Below, in pieces: positions 47,823 to 61,121 of a stretch of DNA of 64,000 nt. Origin of the DNA: Hypanus sabinus (lineage: Eukaryota). Numbering within the stretch: position 1 is the stretch's first letter; the number at the start of each line of letters is the position of its first letter. The stretch spans positions 43,090,001-43,154,000 of the forward strand of contig NC_082714.1 in the NCBI RefSeq assembly GCF_030144855.1, written 5' to 3'. Under the pieces are notes generated by a model, which did not search any database, was not told where the DNA came from, and saw only the letters and a program-made list of their open reading frames with translations. The translations under genes were made by a program, and so were the position numbers.

Positions 47823-47981
47823 AGTCTGTTTTAAAATTCTGCATGGTATGGAACACAAACTCTAAAAACTGCCATGAAGCTCAGCATGTCATCCAGATCC
47901 TCTTAAGAAATGAAACTCCTGAGCATTTTCTTCAGTACAATGGAATTAAGGCTGGTCTCGAGGCACTGATTCCCTATACTG
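47823..47981 (+). CDS. TBL3: TBL3 coding exon
   Basis: ttccttag| acceptor; (E)SVLKFCMVWNTNSKNCHEAQHVIQILLRNETPE...LEALIPYT; donor gtaatt; phase 1 to 1. Confidence 0.96.
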
Positions 47982-48702
47982 GTAATTTGGCTATTATACC
48001 ATTGATGTAATTTAGTTTGATTTCAGTGAGTCTCCTTGGGTACAGCTGACATTGTTGTTCAGTATTACTAGATTGAAGAGTTAGTGCATAAAATGTGAGT
48101 GATTAATCCATTAATTTCATCCTTTCCCATCATGTGACACTTCCTGTCATTGACATAGATTCCCATAAGGTATTAAACTTCATGCAAATCATTTTAGCAA
48201 GGACTACGTGAGAGAGGTCAAGAGGAAGAGCATTTGGTATTTTATTGCTTATGATTATTTTTACTTCTGATTTTTGTTATCATGCTTTATCATATGACTA
48301 ATTTCATATCATTTTATTGTGCAATATGTTTTATCTCTTGAGATACGTTGTTAACTGAAACGTTATCTAAGATAATGATTCAAAGCAGATTTATGGACTG
48401 TGCTTTAGCTACAGCCTAGCCCCAGAGCTGTAAAGAATTGTTAATGTTTCTTCCAATTTATGATGGTTTTGTTGTATGCATTTACCATGCTCGTCAATTT
48501 TTACTGCTCAGCACCAGAATACACATGTCTAAAAACTCGCAGTCAGAAAAGCTCAGAGTCACACTATAGTTATGACTTCCATTATTGACTCTCAAGTGAT
48601 CTTGAAATGTTCATTACTTTACATCGGTTTTGGGTAGATGATGATTAGCTTGAGCTGATTCTTCTTTCTTGAGTTGATTTGCCTTTTATTGAATGCTTAC
48701 AG

Positions 48703-48793
48703 AGCGCCATTTGCAGCGAGTCAGCAGGATGTTGCAGGCTTCTATGTTTTTGGACTATATGTGGCAGAATATGAGACTGACTGGGAAAGCCAA
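48703..48793 (+). CDS. TBL3: TBL3 coding exon (end of conserved Utp13 domain)
   Basis: cttacag| acceptor; (E)RHLQRVSRMLQASMFLDYMWQNMRLTGKA; putative donor AA|gtacgt, phase 2, matching the next exon. Confidence 0.9.
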
Positions 48794-49555
48794 GTACGTA
48801 TACATCATATATAACTGTCAAGTGTACATGTTTGAACTTATCAGGGAGGTGCAGTAAATTGCAAATTCCATTGATACTATTGCAATTTCAGTGTAAATGA
48901 GACCAAGGTGTGATAGTCCATATCATATATATCCTCCAACTACCTTGAATTTCTCACAAAGGCTTCTTGCTTTATTACAACACCAAGACAACTAACCAAA
49001 CCTACAGATGATTTCTGAACGTTGGTCTTCAATTGCCTTGCAGTCTTTATTGCTTATGACTAAACTACTTGACTAACGTATCTCTAGTGTTGCCTAGCTG
49101 AAATGACACCTCTTGTTTTCTCTTATTTCCTCACTAATTGTAAGCGTAGCATTTTCAAGACTTCTTACTGCCATTCTATTACCTTTGCACACCCCTATAA
49201 TTTGTACTTTCTCATCACACACTACAAGCTGTCAACAATCCTGTGTGGACATTGCATCCATTCTGTCCCCTAACTGCAGATAGATTTCAGAAATATTTGT
49301 ATCACATTGCTTATTTAATTCCCTAGTGTTCTCCTGCCACAGCAACCAGTGCTTCTGAGTTCTACCACCAATTCTTGATGTTATTCCAGCTAAGCAATGC
49401 TGCCAGCATGTAACAGAGTGTGTAGTATGTTTACAACTGATAGTTTGAGAGTAAGCAACAATTGTCGAAAGTACAATATCTGAGGAAATTAGAACTGTTC
49501 ATCAATTAAAGATAATCTTGTCATTGAGTTGCCACTTTGGTATTTTATCCCCCAG

Positions 49556-49919
49556 TGATACTGATCCACAAACTGAGGCAATGGAGATCACGCCATCATT
49601 TCCACTGGACGAAACAGCTAATGAGAGCAAAAAGGCTATTATACCAACAAACGTTTGTACCCAGAGGTACGAATCTGAAGAAGATGAAGACAGTGATACT
49701 AACTTTATTGCATCGGACAATGGAAGTTGCAACAAGCTAAAGCATCTCCCACCCAGTGGGGAGTACTTCAAAGAGAATCTGGAGCCTCAAAAGCAAAGTG
49801 ACAGTGATTTGGAGGAAGATGAGAGTGCTGGTGATCAGATAGAAAAAATAACTGTAGTAAAAGTGAAACAAAAGCGACCTAATACCAGAAAGAAATCAAA
49901 ATCTGCCAAAAAGAACTGA
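49556..49919 (+). CDS. TBL3: Putative TBL3 terminal exon: acidic/Ser-rich then Lys-rich tail, stop TGA 49917-49919
   Basis: tattttatcccccag| acceptor. The phase-2 join (AA+T = N) is in frame with the 120-codon open stretch DTDPQTEAME...ESEEDEDSD...SDSDLEEDES...KVKQKRPNTRKKSKSAKKN. Confidence 0.8.
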
Positions 49920-50133
49920 TGCTCCATCAACTTCCAAAACGCTGCAATCTTTGTAGCACACTGTAAAATTCCTTAATATTAACGGATTTGTATTTTGTTC
50001 CACCTGTGCATAACGTATGCATTTGGAGTTTTAATCCATATAATTTGTGAATTTCTTCCCTTCATATGAAAATAAGCATGTGATCTTTAAAAAGGACAAT
50101 TCTAATTTTATATTTTCTGTGCCAGATATTTAC

Positions 50134-50139
50134 AATAAA
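50134..50139 (+). promoter_or_regulatory. Candidate TBL3 polyadenylation signal
   Basis: AATAAA about 215 nt after the stop, with a U-rich gttttttgt tract about 20 nt downstream. Confidence 0.45.
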
Positions 50140-50715
50140 GTTTCCAGAATGTTAAGCACAGTTTTTTGTAATCATTATGATCATCACTGGGCAAAACGTT
50201 GGTTTTCATGTTACAAAGGCTTACTACATGGAGTATTATCACAGCTCAGTTTAACCTTAGTGATGGTAAAAAGGATAATTCAAAATTTTCTCCATATAAC
50301 TACAATATAAATTGTTCATATGTTTTGTGCATTGGCATGCTGAATGTTAATTTTTCTAAAATAATGAACAATCCGTTTGAATTCACTTAAATGTTATCAA
50401 AAATGTACCTTGCGAATGTTGAATCATCTTCTCCTGGACATTTTCTATCTTCAGCTTAGGAAAAGTTTTTCCATGGGCCACAGAGTGAGTAATCAAATTG
50501 GGGCAATTCAGTTTGAATAATCTTGACATTCTGCTAAAATGGAGTAATTAAAAGTTAATCTCAAAAGCCAGTAGAATGTTACTCCTGTTATTGAATAGTA
50601 CCATTCCAAGAATTCATAAAGTTGGATTCAGGTTTTGCATTTCTGGCCTTTGTAATGGTTTTTAATTCCGATCATTTTGTTTTTGCAGGGCAGAGATTGA
50701 AATTGCAGTAAGTAC

Positions 50716-51464
50716 TGTTATGTATCCCATAACGGGTTAAAAGAACCAGCAGAAATGGAACACGCTTGGAATCTTGTTTTGCTATAAACAAAACACTATT
50801 TATTAATATCTGCATAATATAGTAATAAAACCAGATAAATCAAACAGGTTAGCTGAGTTTATGCATATGTAAGTGTGTAAATATAAAACCCCAAACTTCT
50901 TCAAGCTTAGGTGGTAAATGGTACAGTCTTACAATGGTATAGGAATGAAGTCAGTTCAGTTCATGATATTGACTTGAATAGAATTGAGGAGAGAGAAAGG
51001 TGATTTGTTTTCCAGGTAAGCCGATGCCATCGATTCTTCCACGTTGCCCTCCTAAGTCCTGTTAAAGTCACCAACTGACCACACAAAAGGGTACCATCTT
51101 CACGCGGTAAAAAAACACACTGATAGCCTTCCAACAATCACCCCTTTTTCACACTGCAAGCAAAACCCACCCTCCATGGGCACTCAAAGCTCATCCAGTG
51201 TCTATTTCTTCCGTGTTTCTGCTGTGTGTCTTTCATTGACCGAAACCATCTTGACCCTGTGCCAGAGGACCCTCTTACAGAGGATCATCAGACCTTGCTT
51301 ATCCTAAACAAACCGCCACTTGTATAAACAATCGCTGCTCACCATAGCAACCCAGCAACTCTGCAGTCAGTAGAAATCCAAAAACACAAAAGTCAGTCTC
51401 AATTCTTTCAGTGTTTTAAAGTGAGAAGCCACAGAAAAAAAATGAACCCTAGGGGTACTTAACA
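50716..51464 (-). mobile_element. Solo LTR (749 bp)
   Basis: TGTTA...TAACA termini; TSD GTAC at 50712-15 and 51465-68; tttatt near 50799 indicates minus orientation. Confidence 0.88.
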
Positions 51465-52507
51465 GTACAGAGATGCAATCAGTTTGTGTCCAGGATAAGA
51501 CCATATCGTTGTTCTGTGCTCACTATCTTGCATCTTGTTGGCTCCATTAATATGTGTAAATCCCAATTCCAGTATATGAGAAATTTAAAAAAAAATTGTC
51601 CCCTGATGAATGAGAAATGAAATATATTTTGCAGTTTTCTGTCACTCACTTGGGATTAGATGGTACACCAGTAACTTTCAGATGTGGCAGTCATGGTGAG
51701 TTCTGCCACAAGTTCATTGGAGCCTGAATAAATTGCATGTGTGCGTTTAAGATGGCCTCCCCAAATAAGACCAAGATGTCCAAGATTTGGAGGGTCTGAA
51801 ACATGATTCTTCAGAGAAGAATGTGATTCAATTATTTTTTCCCCCAAAGATTCCCAAGGGCTTGTGAGCAGGTCTTTACTCTTTTGTATACTGAAATGTA
51901 TCCACAATCTCATGAAAGTGCCCAAGGACCCAGCAGCTTCCAAGCCATCTGCATGGAAAGCCATGATTAAAATGCAGCAGGACTACCAAAAGCAAAGTGG
52001 ATGAGAAAGGAAGGAGACTTCATCTGGTTTCAAAATAACGAATCAGAATTGTCTTTAAAGCCATGAGCATCATAAACACCTTTCTGGACATTGTGCTAAA
52101 GCAGCTGAGACTCCCAAGCCATCACTTATATTAAGATTCAGACTACCTCGTGCTGTAGCCTCATGACCTGACCAAGTACACTGCCATACGAAAGTGGTAA
52201 CCAGGTGCTCCAAACAAATAAATGTTTGAAATTTGAAGCCCAAACAAATCTCCACATTTGGTTATCACACTAAACTTCGGTGAGGAAACCCTTAATTAAT
52301 AGAAGCAATGCTCTTAACCAAAAACAGATGGCTGTTTCCCCATCTTTCTTCAATTAGCACAGCTTAAAAATTATTGCAAGATATCACTGGAAGAGTGTCT
52401 GCCACATCCACAAGCAAGTACTCCTACGTATTAATTGTGTCCTAGTTCAAGTTTATAGAGCTCTTACTTATTAGGAAATTGTATTTGCAGAATGCTTTTG
52501 TGAGTGG

Positions 52508-52800
52508 GAGGCAGTGTGGTGCTGATGGTAAATCATGCTGCTTCCTCACAATTCCAGGGAGCTGGCCTCAGTCTACCTCCAGTGTGTTTGTGTGGAGCTT
52601 TGCTGTTCTCCCTCTGGTTGTTGAACTTTCCCTGGCTGATCTCGTTTCCTTCCACATCCCAAAGGTATGGAAGTAAGCTCGGGCATACAGGTTGATTAGT
52701 TAATTAGCCTCTCTAATTGTGCCTAATGTGTAGTTCAATGGTAGAATCTGAAGATATTAATATAGAGAGAACAGGATTGCTCGCCAAATGACCTAACATT
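52508..52800 (+). mobile_element. Decayed V-SINE-like element
   Basis: ggcagtgtggtgctgatggtaa...gtgtggagctttgctgttctccc...tttccttccacatcccaaag core. Confidence 0.6.
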
Positions 52801-53504
52801 ATGAATTATGGGTATGGAAAGACTTTAAGTGACCATTGTAATTTGAAAAAAAAAATGTATTATGTTGACGATTTTGCTCATCATTAAATCATGTTACTTA
52901 GTTTAAACTACTAAATAGATAATGTAACAAGCTCAGTTCATCTACAAACCCCTGCAGAAGATGTGAATATGGTTCTTGGTAGGGCTGACCAGAATTCCTT
53001 ATCATTAAAGTAATCCTGATTCACGGAGCAATACAGCCTGGATACAGGCCCTTCGGCCCAACAAGTCCTTGCTGACCACAGTGTCCACCCTTATAGTTCC
53101 AATTTCTCATTGGGCTATGTTCCACTGTGTAATTATCCAACTGCATCTTAAATACTGTTGTACCTGCCTCAGCCACTTGCTATGACACCTCACAACAGCA
53201 ATCTGCTACTTGAGTCTATACCTTAGAAGATATCGGCTAGATGGGGAAGAAAAGTGATTTTACTGTGCTACCAATGAACTGTCCATTCCCACAAGAGCTA
53301 AGTGCCTCCAGCTTCAGATAGGGATAACACATCACCCTACGTTACCAGTGGCCCGGTTCAACCCCTGCCACTGTGTGCAAGGAATCCGCACATTTCCCCC
53401 CGAGATGGCATTGGCCTCCATCGGTTACTTAATGATTAGATTTGTCACCTTCATACTTTTCTAAAATACTGTAAGCAATTTACATTTTTCATCTCCCGAG
53501 ATTC

Positions 53505-53841
53505 CCACTGGTAGGTGAGACTAGAAATAGGGAGCATAGCCTCAAGATTCGGGGGGGGGGGGGGGGAGTAAATTTAGGACGGTGATGAGGGAGGACCTGC
53601 TTTTCCCAAATAGTGGTGAATCTGTGGAATTCTTTGCCCCATGAAGCAGTGGAGGCTACCTCAGTAAATATATTTAAGACAAGGTTGGATAGATTTTTAC
53701 ATAGTCGGGGAATTAAGGGTTATGGGGAAAAGGCAGGTAGGTGGAGGTGAGTCCATGGTCAGATCAGCCATGATCTTGTTGGATAGTGGAGCAGGCTCGA
53801 CAGGCCAGGTGGCCTACTGCTGCTCCTATTTCTTATGTTCT
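53505..53841 (+). mobile_element. CR1 3'-terminal fragment (with poly-G expansion)
   Basis: gtggtgaatctgtggaattct...ggcctactgctgctcctatttcttatgttct terminus. Confidence 0.8.
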
Positions 53842-55249
53842 GGCCCTGAGTGTAGACAATGATGAGCTAAAAAAGAGAGAGCTGGAGCCTTAGATGTAAT
53901 TCTAGCTTCTCAAACCATAAAAGCTATAATGATGTTAGAGATTTTTAAATAATAATGCAACTGGAAGCCAGTTATAAAACTTATACAGCTCTTTGCTTGC
54001 TTCAAAATTACATTGCAGTTCCTTGTTCCTCCTGTGAGTTGTGCACGGAGAACCTTAATATGTTTTCATTTGTGGACAATCTCTCAGGATCAAAAATTTG
54101 TGTATTCTGAAGTGGTTAGTAAGCCCAGTATGGGAACCACAGACTCTGACACCAATAGTGACAGTTGAGTAATTTGAAAGGTCGTTTGTGTCTTCTACTG
54201 CTTCATAGGGCCTTGGAGCACTCCCTTTGCATTGCCATTTCCATCGTGGAGAGCCAGTTTCTGTGCTGTAGCACTCTATGAAATTGTGGCACAGCTTTAA
54301 TGTGTTTTAACTTCTGACCTCTGTAGGTTAAGCCTTGTCCAGCCTTCCTTAGGTGTTTATCCATTGTTGCAGGTCCCTGATCTGTTGCTCCTGGACCAGG
54401 TTCAGAGCTGGCTTTGCTAACATTTGAAGCCAGCCTCTGGAGCTGTGAGACAGTGGCATTACCAGCTGTACCTCTGTGCCACCCTGAGAAACGTGACCCT
54501 GAACCACTTCTGCAGCGCCGTCCTCCAACCTGGGATTCATTCTTTAAGCTTAACATTGGTAACTAAAGTATCTCATCCTTTTCAAGTTCCAGTCCACCCA
54601 TCTATCTCCCTTACCACTGCAACTTTTGGAATATTCCTTCTTTAGTGAAGGTTGGAAGACTACTAGGAAGAGGGACTTGAGTAACATTGCAAGACTGGAG
54701 ATGGAGGGATTGTTCTCCTTAGAGAACAAAAAGCTTAATACTTGTTTTCAAATTATGTTGGCTTTTAGAGATAAGGTGAAGCAGTGGCCACTAGCAGGAA
54801 AATTAATAACCAGAGGTTATCTAAATATTGTTGGCAAAAGAATCCTGATGAGAATGAGGATCTCTTTCATATCCTAGTGAATTATTACCAACTGGAAATC
54901 ACTGCCTTGAAAGTATTGTGTAAACCGATTCTGTAGTAGTTTTCAAAAGGAAAGTAGTGCAATCAAGAGGGTTGAGTGTGATGTTCTCCTAAGGAGCTGT
55001 CTGTTGGTGGGTCCTCAGGTGGCTGAGGAGTCCAATCTGGGATCCACCTCTCTGTGTAGTGTGACCAAGAGTAAGTAGTGGCTGAGGTGTAGTGAAAGAA
55101 AAATAGGAAGAATAAGAGAAAGAAGTTTTTTAAAAAATGAGAGAAAAGTTAAATGAACTACATTATCAGTATTTCTTAAAAACAATTTATCACTTGAAGT
55201 GAGATGCCAGTGCTTAACAAATTCCAGATATGTAAACTAGAGATAAATG

Positions 55250-55532
55250 GGTGCCATGGTAGATGTTAGCAGGGTACTATTACAGCTCGGGGCATCGGAG
55301 TTGTGAGTTCGAACCCGGCGTCCTCTGTAAGCGGTCTCTGCACATCCTTCCTGTGGAATGCATGGGTTTTCTCCAGGTACTCTGGTTTACTTCCAAAGTC
55401 CAAACACCTGCTGTGTACATTAGTTACTCGTTGTAAGTTGTCCCGTGATTAGATTATGGTTAAGTCGGGGTTGTCAGAGGTTGCTGGGCAGCACAGCCAG
55501 AAGGGTGTATTCTGTGCTGTGGTATCTCTAAA
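55250..55532 (+). mobile_element. V-SINE-like element
   Basis: Same head and core as 24325 (ctattacagctcggggcatcggagtt; gagttcgaacccgg B-box). Confidence 0.75.
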
Positions 55533-55825
55533 TATATCAGATAAAGCACATTGCACAAACAAGTGAAAAAGTTGGTCACCACAGGGATAAGATACAGAGC
55601 TGAGGCATTTCCTGGCCCATCATAATACTGGTGACAGCTTCAGGCATTAAGTAATTAAACTTTGCCTAATGCTTCGTGTAAATTGGTATATTTTTAAAGT
55701 AGTAACAGACGTTCAAGGAAAGTTTTGGGGACTTCCAGTGGCTGTAATGGAGTAGGTTGCACTAGCTACGTGCTCCAAAATTATTTGCGTACTTTGCTGT
55801 TTAGACCTATCTCGGTGAGAGCACC

Positions 55826-56642
55826 ATGAGTAGTAAGCTGTCAAAAAAAGAGACTACTTTAGAGGCTTTGACTGAAATGATTCAACAGATGTCAGAGAAA
55901 CTCGAAAAATTGGATAAACTGGATGACTTGGAATCCAGGTTTGATTTGTTACAGAATTCCTTCGACCTGGTTAAATCTGAACTGAAAACGCTTAATTGGA
56001 AACTTTGAAGTATACAGCAGACTGTGAATGACCACAAAATTCGTATTAAGCTACACAAGGAATCTCTGCCGGTGTTGCAGAAGGATATCGAAGGTTTCAA
56101 GAAAATTTCTAAGGAACAACTTAAAAAATACGACGCGTTACTGCAGAAACTTACAGATTTGGAGACCAGGAACCGGAGGTGCAATATCAGAATTCTTGGA
56201 CTTCCTGAAAAACTGGAGGTTAATCAACCTATTGATTTTTGTGCTCAAATGCTGAAAGATTTATTCCTTGATATATTATTGGAACTACCAAACTTTGAGC
56301 GCATTCACCGAGTTACCCCGCCTAATTGGGATCCTGCCAAACCTTGCTCTATTACCATTCGCTTTTATGACTATCAGATTAAAGAACAGATCCTTTGTGA
56401 ATCAAGGAAGAAACGTATATTACAATTTCGTGATCAACAGTTTCGGATCGTTCAAGATTATCCACCGGAAGTTCTAAGAGCTAGACAGGCTTAAAGAGGT
56501 CATGTCTGATCTTTTTAAGCTTGGCTGTCGCCTTTCTCTCAGAGATCCGTGTAAACTCAAGGTTACTACTTCTGATAATAAGGTTTCTTGGTTTATGAAG
56601 CCTGAAGAAGCTAAGAAACTTTTACAAAGTCTCCATCCTTAA
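55826..56642 (+). pseudogene. L1b ORF1, disrupted
   Basis: Coiled coil, then LETRNRRCNIRILGLPE, ERIHRV and QDYPPEV. TGA at 56006-08 and a frameshift near 56490. Confidence 0.88.
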
Positions 56643-57089
56643 ATTCAACTTTGAGTTGTTTTATGTTAAATATTTTAATTTCAGGTGTTCAAGTAATTGG
56701 TGTTTTGTTGATAACAAGGTTTCTTGGTTTTACGAAGTCTTAATCATTTGTTTGACTAAGTACCTGGTGCCTTGTTATCTTTCAAACTATGCAAAACATG
56801 CAGGCAGACTGCATCCATTTTCTCTTTTGCTGTTTTTCGCAGTTCTTTTTAAACAATACGTTATATTCTCTCAGTGTTATGTAGGAAGCTATCTAAACCG
56901 CTTCCCTTTTTAATTATCTATTTGTTTCTTTACTCTTTTCTTGCACCCGCGAGTACATGTTGTTTTACTTATTGATTTTCCATATTTGATTTTCCTTATC
57001 TGTCTTTCCTTTTTTACCGAGACTAATACTTATATTTTCCCATGGTTTTTTTTAATCGTAATTAGGAAACTTGTTTACTTTGATTTTTT

Positions 57090-57092
<3 letters not shown>

Positions 57093-57138
<46 letters not shown>
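57093..57138. repeat. (AT)n microsatellite in the L1b spacer
   Basis: About 23 AT units. Confidence 0.95.
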
Positions 57139-57141
<3 letters not shown>

Positions 57142-57372
57142 CAATTGTTTATTCAGCGCAGCTATACATGTATATATTTTCTGGAGCCACCGGAGTTTTG
57201 GGTTGGGAACGTTGGAATTAGTCTTCAGCCTCCCTTGGCTGATTTCTCTCTTTGTGGGGAGGGAGGGGGGAAATGGGTTCTTCTATAAAGCTGATTGGAT
57301 GTTTTTACTGTTTTGCTTATTCACTACCTACACGTCTGTGATTACCTTTTATACATTACTAAAGGATACTTG

Positions 57373-60300
57373 ATGGATTCTTTTATTAATATACTCAGTT
57401 TTAATGTGAAAGGTCTAAATAACTCTGTTAAATGAAATAAGATTTTCTCTTATATCCGGAAACTTAAAACTCATATGATCTTTCTCCAAGAAACCTATAT
57501 TTGTAAAGATGATATTTCACGTTCTTTCAAAGGATGGAAGGGTATACATTTTCACTCACCCTTTCAATCTAGATCGAGAGGCGTCTCTATCCTGTTTGAT
57601 CAGAATTTATCCTTTATTCAACATAATGTAATTTCTGATACAAATGGGTGCTTTGTTATTGTTTCCGGTAGTCTTGGGAGTAACCTAATTGCATTTGCGA
57701 ATGTATACGCTCCAAATACAGATGACTCCTTGTTCTTTGAACGTCTTTTCTCTTTTCTGCCTGATTTGAATCGGTATTCCTTAACGATGGGTGGAGATTT
57801 TAATTTTTGGCTTGACCCTATATTAGATTGCTCTTCAAGTAAAACCCCTGTCACTAATAAATCATTCTTACTTTTTAAATCTTTTTTATCTCAATGTGGT
57901 ATTCTTGACGTGTGGCGTTTTTTACACCCTCAAGAAAAGGAATATTCATATTTCTCTCAGGTTCATCATATGTACTCTCGGATTGATTATTTTTTTATAG
58001 ATAGAAACTTGCTTCCACTGGTACGATCCTGTGATTATAAGGAGATTGCTTTGTCTGATCATGCACCTGTGCTTCTGGCTTTAAGGTTACCTGTTTACTC
58101 TGTACCGAATAGAAGTTGGCGTTTTAACTTATTGTTATCTGATAAAAATTTTCTAAAGTTTTTGGAAAACTATATTACTTTTTTCTTTAAAGAAGATTTT
58201 AAAGGAGATACTGCTGGTAATATAGTCTGGGATACTTTTAAAGCATATATTTGTGGAGAAATTATCTCTTTACCTATATAAAGAAAAAAGCTGACAAAGA
58301 AAGGTCTGACCTAGCAGTGATATTAAAAGATCTTGATCGTAAGTATGCCCTATCTCTAGATCCAAGTATATATAATAAGCGTATTGAAATCCAATCCAAG
58401 TATAATCTTCTGCTGACTTACCCAATTGAACGACAGCTGTTGAGAGATAAAACTCAATTTTACATTCACGGGGATAGAACTGGTAGTTTATTAGCCAATC
58501 ACTTAAAATCTTTTACAGTTAATCGTCAAATCACAGAAATTTTTAAAGATAATGGAACTAAGACATCCGACCATTCTGAAATTAACAACGTATTTAAAGA
58601 CTTTTACCATAAGTTGTATCAGTCTGACTCTTCTTCAGATGATACCTATATGAATGCTTTTTTCAGTAATATCAGCATTCCTACATTGTCTGCTGATAGT
58701 CTAACACAGTTAGATCAGCCTATTTCCAATGAAGTGGCTGAGGCTATACGTGCTTTACATTCTGGTAAGACCGCAGGACCTGATGGCTTTCCTGGGGAGT
58801 TTTATAAAACTTTCACTACGTTACTTACACCTTATTTATCCTCTGTTTTATCAGAGTCCTTTAAATCAGGTAAACTCCCTCAATCTTTTTATGAAGCTTC
58901 TATTTTTCTTATTCTTAAAAAAAAATTAAAATCCAGCTGAATGTTCTTCATACAGACCGATTTCTTTATTAAATGTTGATGCAAAAATTTTAGCCAATAT
59001 CTTAGCTCGAAGACTTGAAAATATTCTACCATCTATTATATCACATGACCAGATAGGATTTATTAAAAATTGTTACTCACATTTTAACATATGTCGGTTA
59101 TTGAATGTGATATATTCACCAACCAAAAAAATATCAGAGTGTATATTATCCTTAGATGCAGAAAAAGCCTTTGATAGGATTGAGTGGAATTATCTTGTTA
59201 AGACCTTAGAAAAGTGTAATTTTGGGCCTAATTTTATTTGTTGGGTTAAATTAATCTACTTGTCTCCTACCACTCAGGTTATTACTAACTCCCAAATTTC
59301 TAAGCCCTTTAAATTACAGCGGGGAACTAGGCAAGGATGTCCTCTTAGTCCTTTACTTTTTGCTTTAGCTATAGAACCCTTAGCAATAGCACTTCGAGAA
59401 GCTAAGGACGTTTCAGGTATACTAAGGGAAGGTATGTCTCATAAAATTTCATTATACACTGATGATATCTTACTTTTTATCTCTAACACTGAAACTTCTT
59501 TACCTTTGGTTCTTTCTTTAATCTCCCAGTTTAGTTCTTTTTCAGGATATAAGTTGAACCTACATAAAAGTGAGCTATTTCCTTTAAATGACCTAATGTC
59601 ATCAAATGCCAAATTTCCATTCAAAGTTGTTACAAGTCAATTTACATATTTAGGTGTAGCAATTACTAAAAACTTCAAGAATTTATTCAAAGAAAATTTA
59701 AACCCCTTATTGAATTATGTGAAAAAGACGCTTTCTAAATGGTCCCCTCTTTCTTTATCCGTAATTGGCCGAATTAATTTGATTAAAATGAAGATTCTTA
59801 CGAAATTTTTATATCTTTTTCAGGCCTTCCCTATTTTTATTCCTAAAACGTACTTTGATTCTTTAGATTCAATTTTAACCTCTTATATTTGGAATAATAA
59901 ACAAGCTCGTTTAAGTAAAGTTTACTTACAAAAAAATAAAGCGATGGATGGACTAGCCCTACCCAATTTTAGGTTTTACTATTGGGCTGCCAATATAAGG
60001 AATATTACTTTCTATAGTTGTCATAAAGATTGCCCATCATGGGTCTCCTTAGAAGTTAATTCTGTAAAAAATTCCTCTATTGTCTCTCTGATCACGCTCT
60101 TCTTTTTCAGCAAATAAAACAACAGATAACATAATTGTTAAGCAAACTTTAAGGATCTGGTCTCAATTTAGAAAATTTTTTGGTTTAGCGAATTTTTCAT
60201 TATCATCTCCCATTCTCCTTAATTTTTTTTATCCCTTCCATGACTGACAAAGTCTTTAAGGATTGGGATGAACTAGGTATTAAGTGCTTTTGGGACCTGT

Positions 60301-61121
60301 TTATCTCAGGATCTCTTGCTTCATTTGACCAATTGTCAAATAAATTTGCAGTCCCAAAATCACATTTTTACAGATACCTTCAAATTAGAGATTTTCTACG
60401 TTTCCAATTAGCTACTTTTCCTATAGGTCCTGATAAAAATTTACTGGACGATCTTTTAAATTTAAAACCTTTTGTTAATGGTTCTATTACTGGTATCTAA
60501 AACTTGTTGATTGATTCTAGACAAGACTTTTTAGATAAAATAAAAAAAGCTTGGGAGGATGACCTAAATTGTCAGATTTCTGATGATAGATGGAATAAAA
60601 TTCTTAAACGGGTTAATAAATCATCTTTCTGTGCTCGTCATTCTCTTCTACAATTTAAAGTGGTTCATAGAGCTTACATTTCTAAACAGAAGCTCTCCAG
60701 TTTTTACCTGAATGTTTCTCCGCTTTGTAATAAATGCAACTCTGCTGATGCCTCTTTAATTCATATGTTTTGGTTTTGCCCTACAATTGAAAAGTTTTGG
60801 CGATAAGAATTTAATAACTTCTCTCAACTTTTTAGGGTCCAATTTGACCCAAATCCCCTTACTGCTTTGTTTGGTATTATTGCAAATGAAGATATAACTT
60901 TAAATACTCCTAACTGACAGGTTTTAGTTTTTACCTCTCTTTTAGCAAGAAGAGCAATCTTGCTTAAATGGAAGGAGTCTACCCCTCCTATACATCTTCA
61001 ATGGCTATGTGATATTATGTCGCATTTAAATTTAGAAAAGATCCGCTGCTCAGTCTTAAATTCAAAACAATCTTTTTATGATATTTGGGGACCTTTCCTA
61101 AATTACTTTTCCAATTTATAA
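57373..61121 (+). pseudogene. L1b ORF2 (EN-RT-Cys), disrupted
   Basis: SFNVKGL, LQET, GGDFN, SRIDY, SDHAP, AGPDG, SLDAEKAFDRIEW, GTRQGCPLSPLLF, YTDD (YADD in L1a) and CNKC...H...C motifs. Several stops (e.g. 57433) and frameshifts. Confidence 0.92.

Noticed and set aside
51635-52285. Unique stretch with 102-aa and 61-aa minus ORFs in one frame and a possible plus-strand mini-exon (51635-51695)
   Set aside because: No recognisable homology, stops lie between the ORFs, and the strand is ambiguous. Could be revisited with BLASTx.
54203-54645. Overlapping 63-117 aa ORFs
   Set aside because: Partly SINE-derived (gtacagctggtaatgccactgtctcacagctcc head on the minus strand); no domain motifs.
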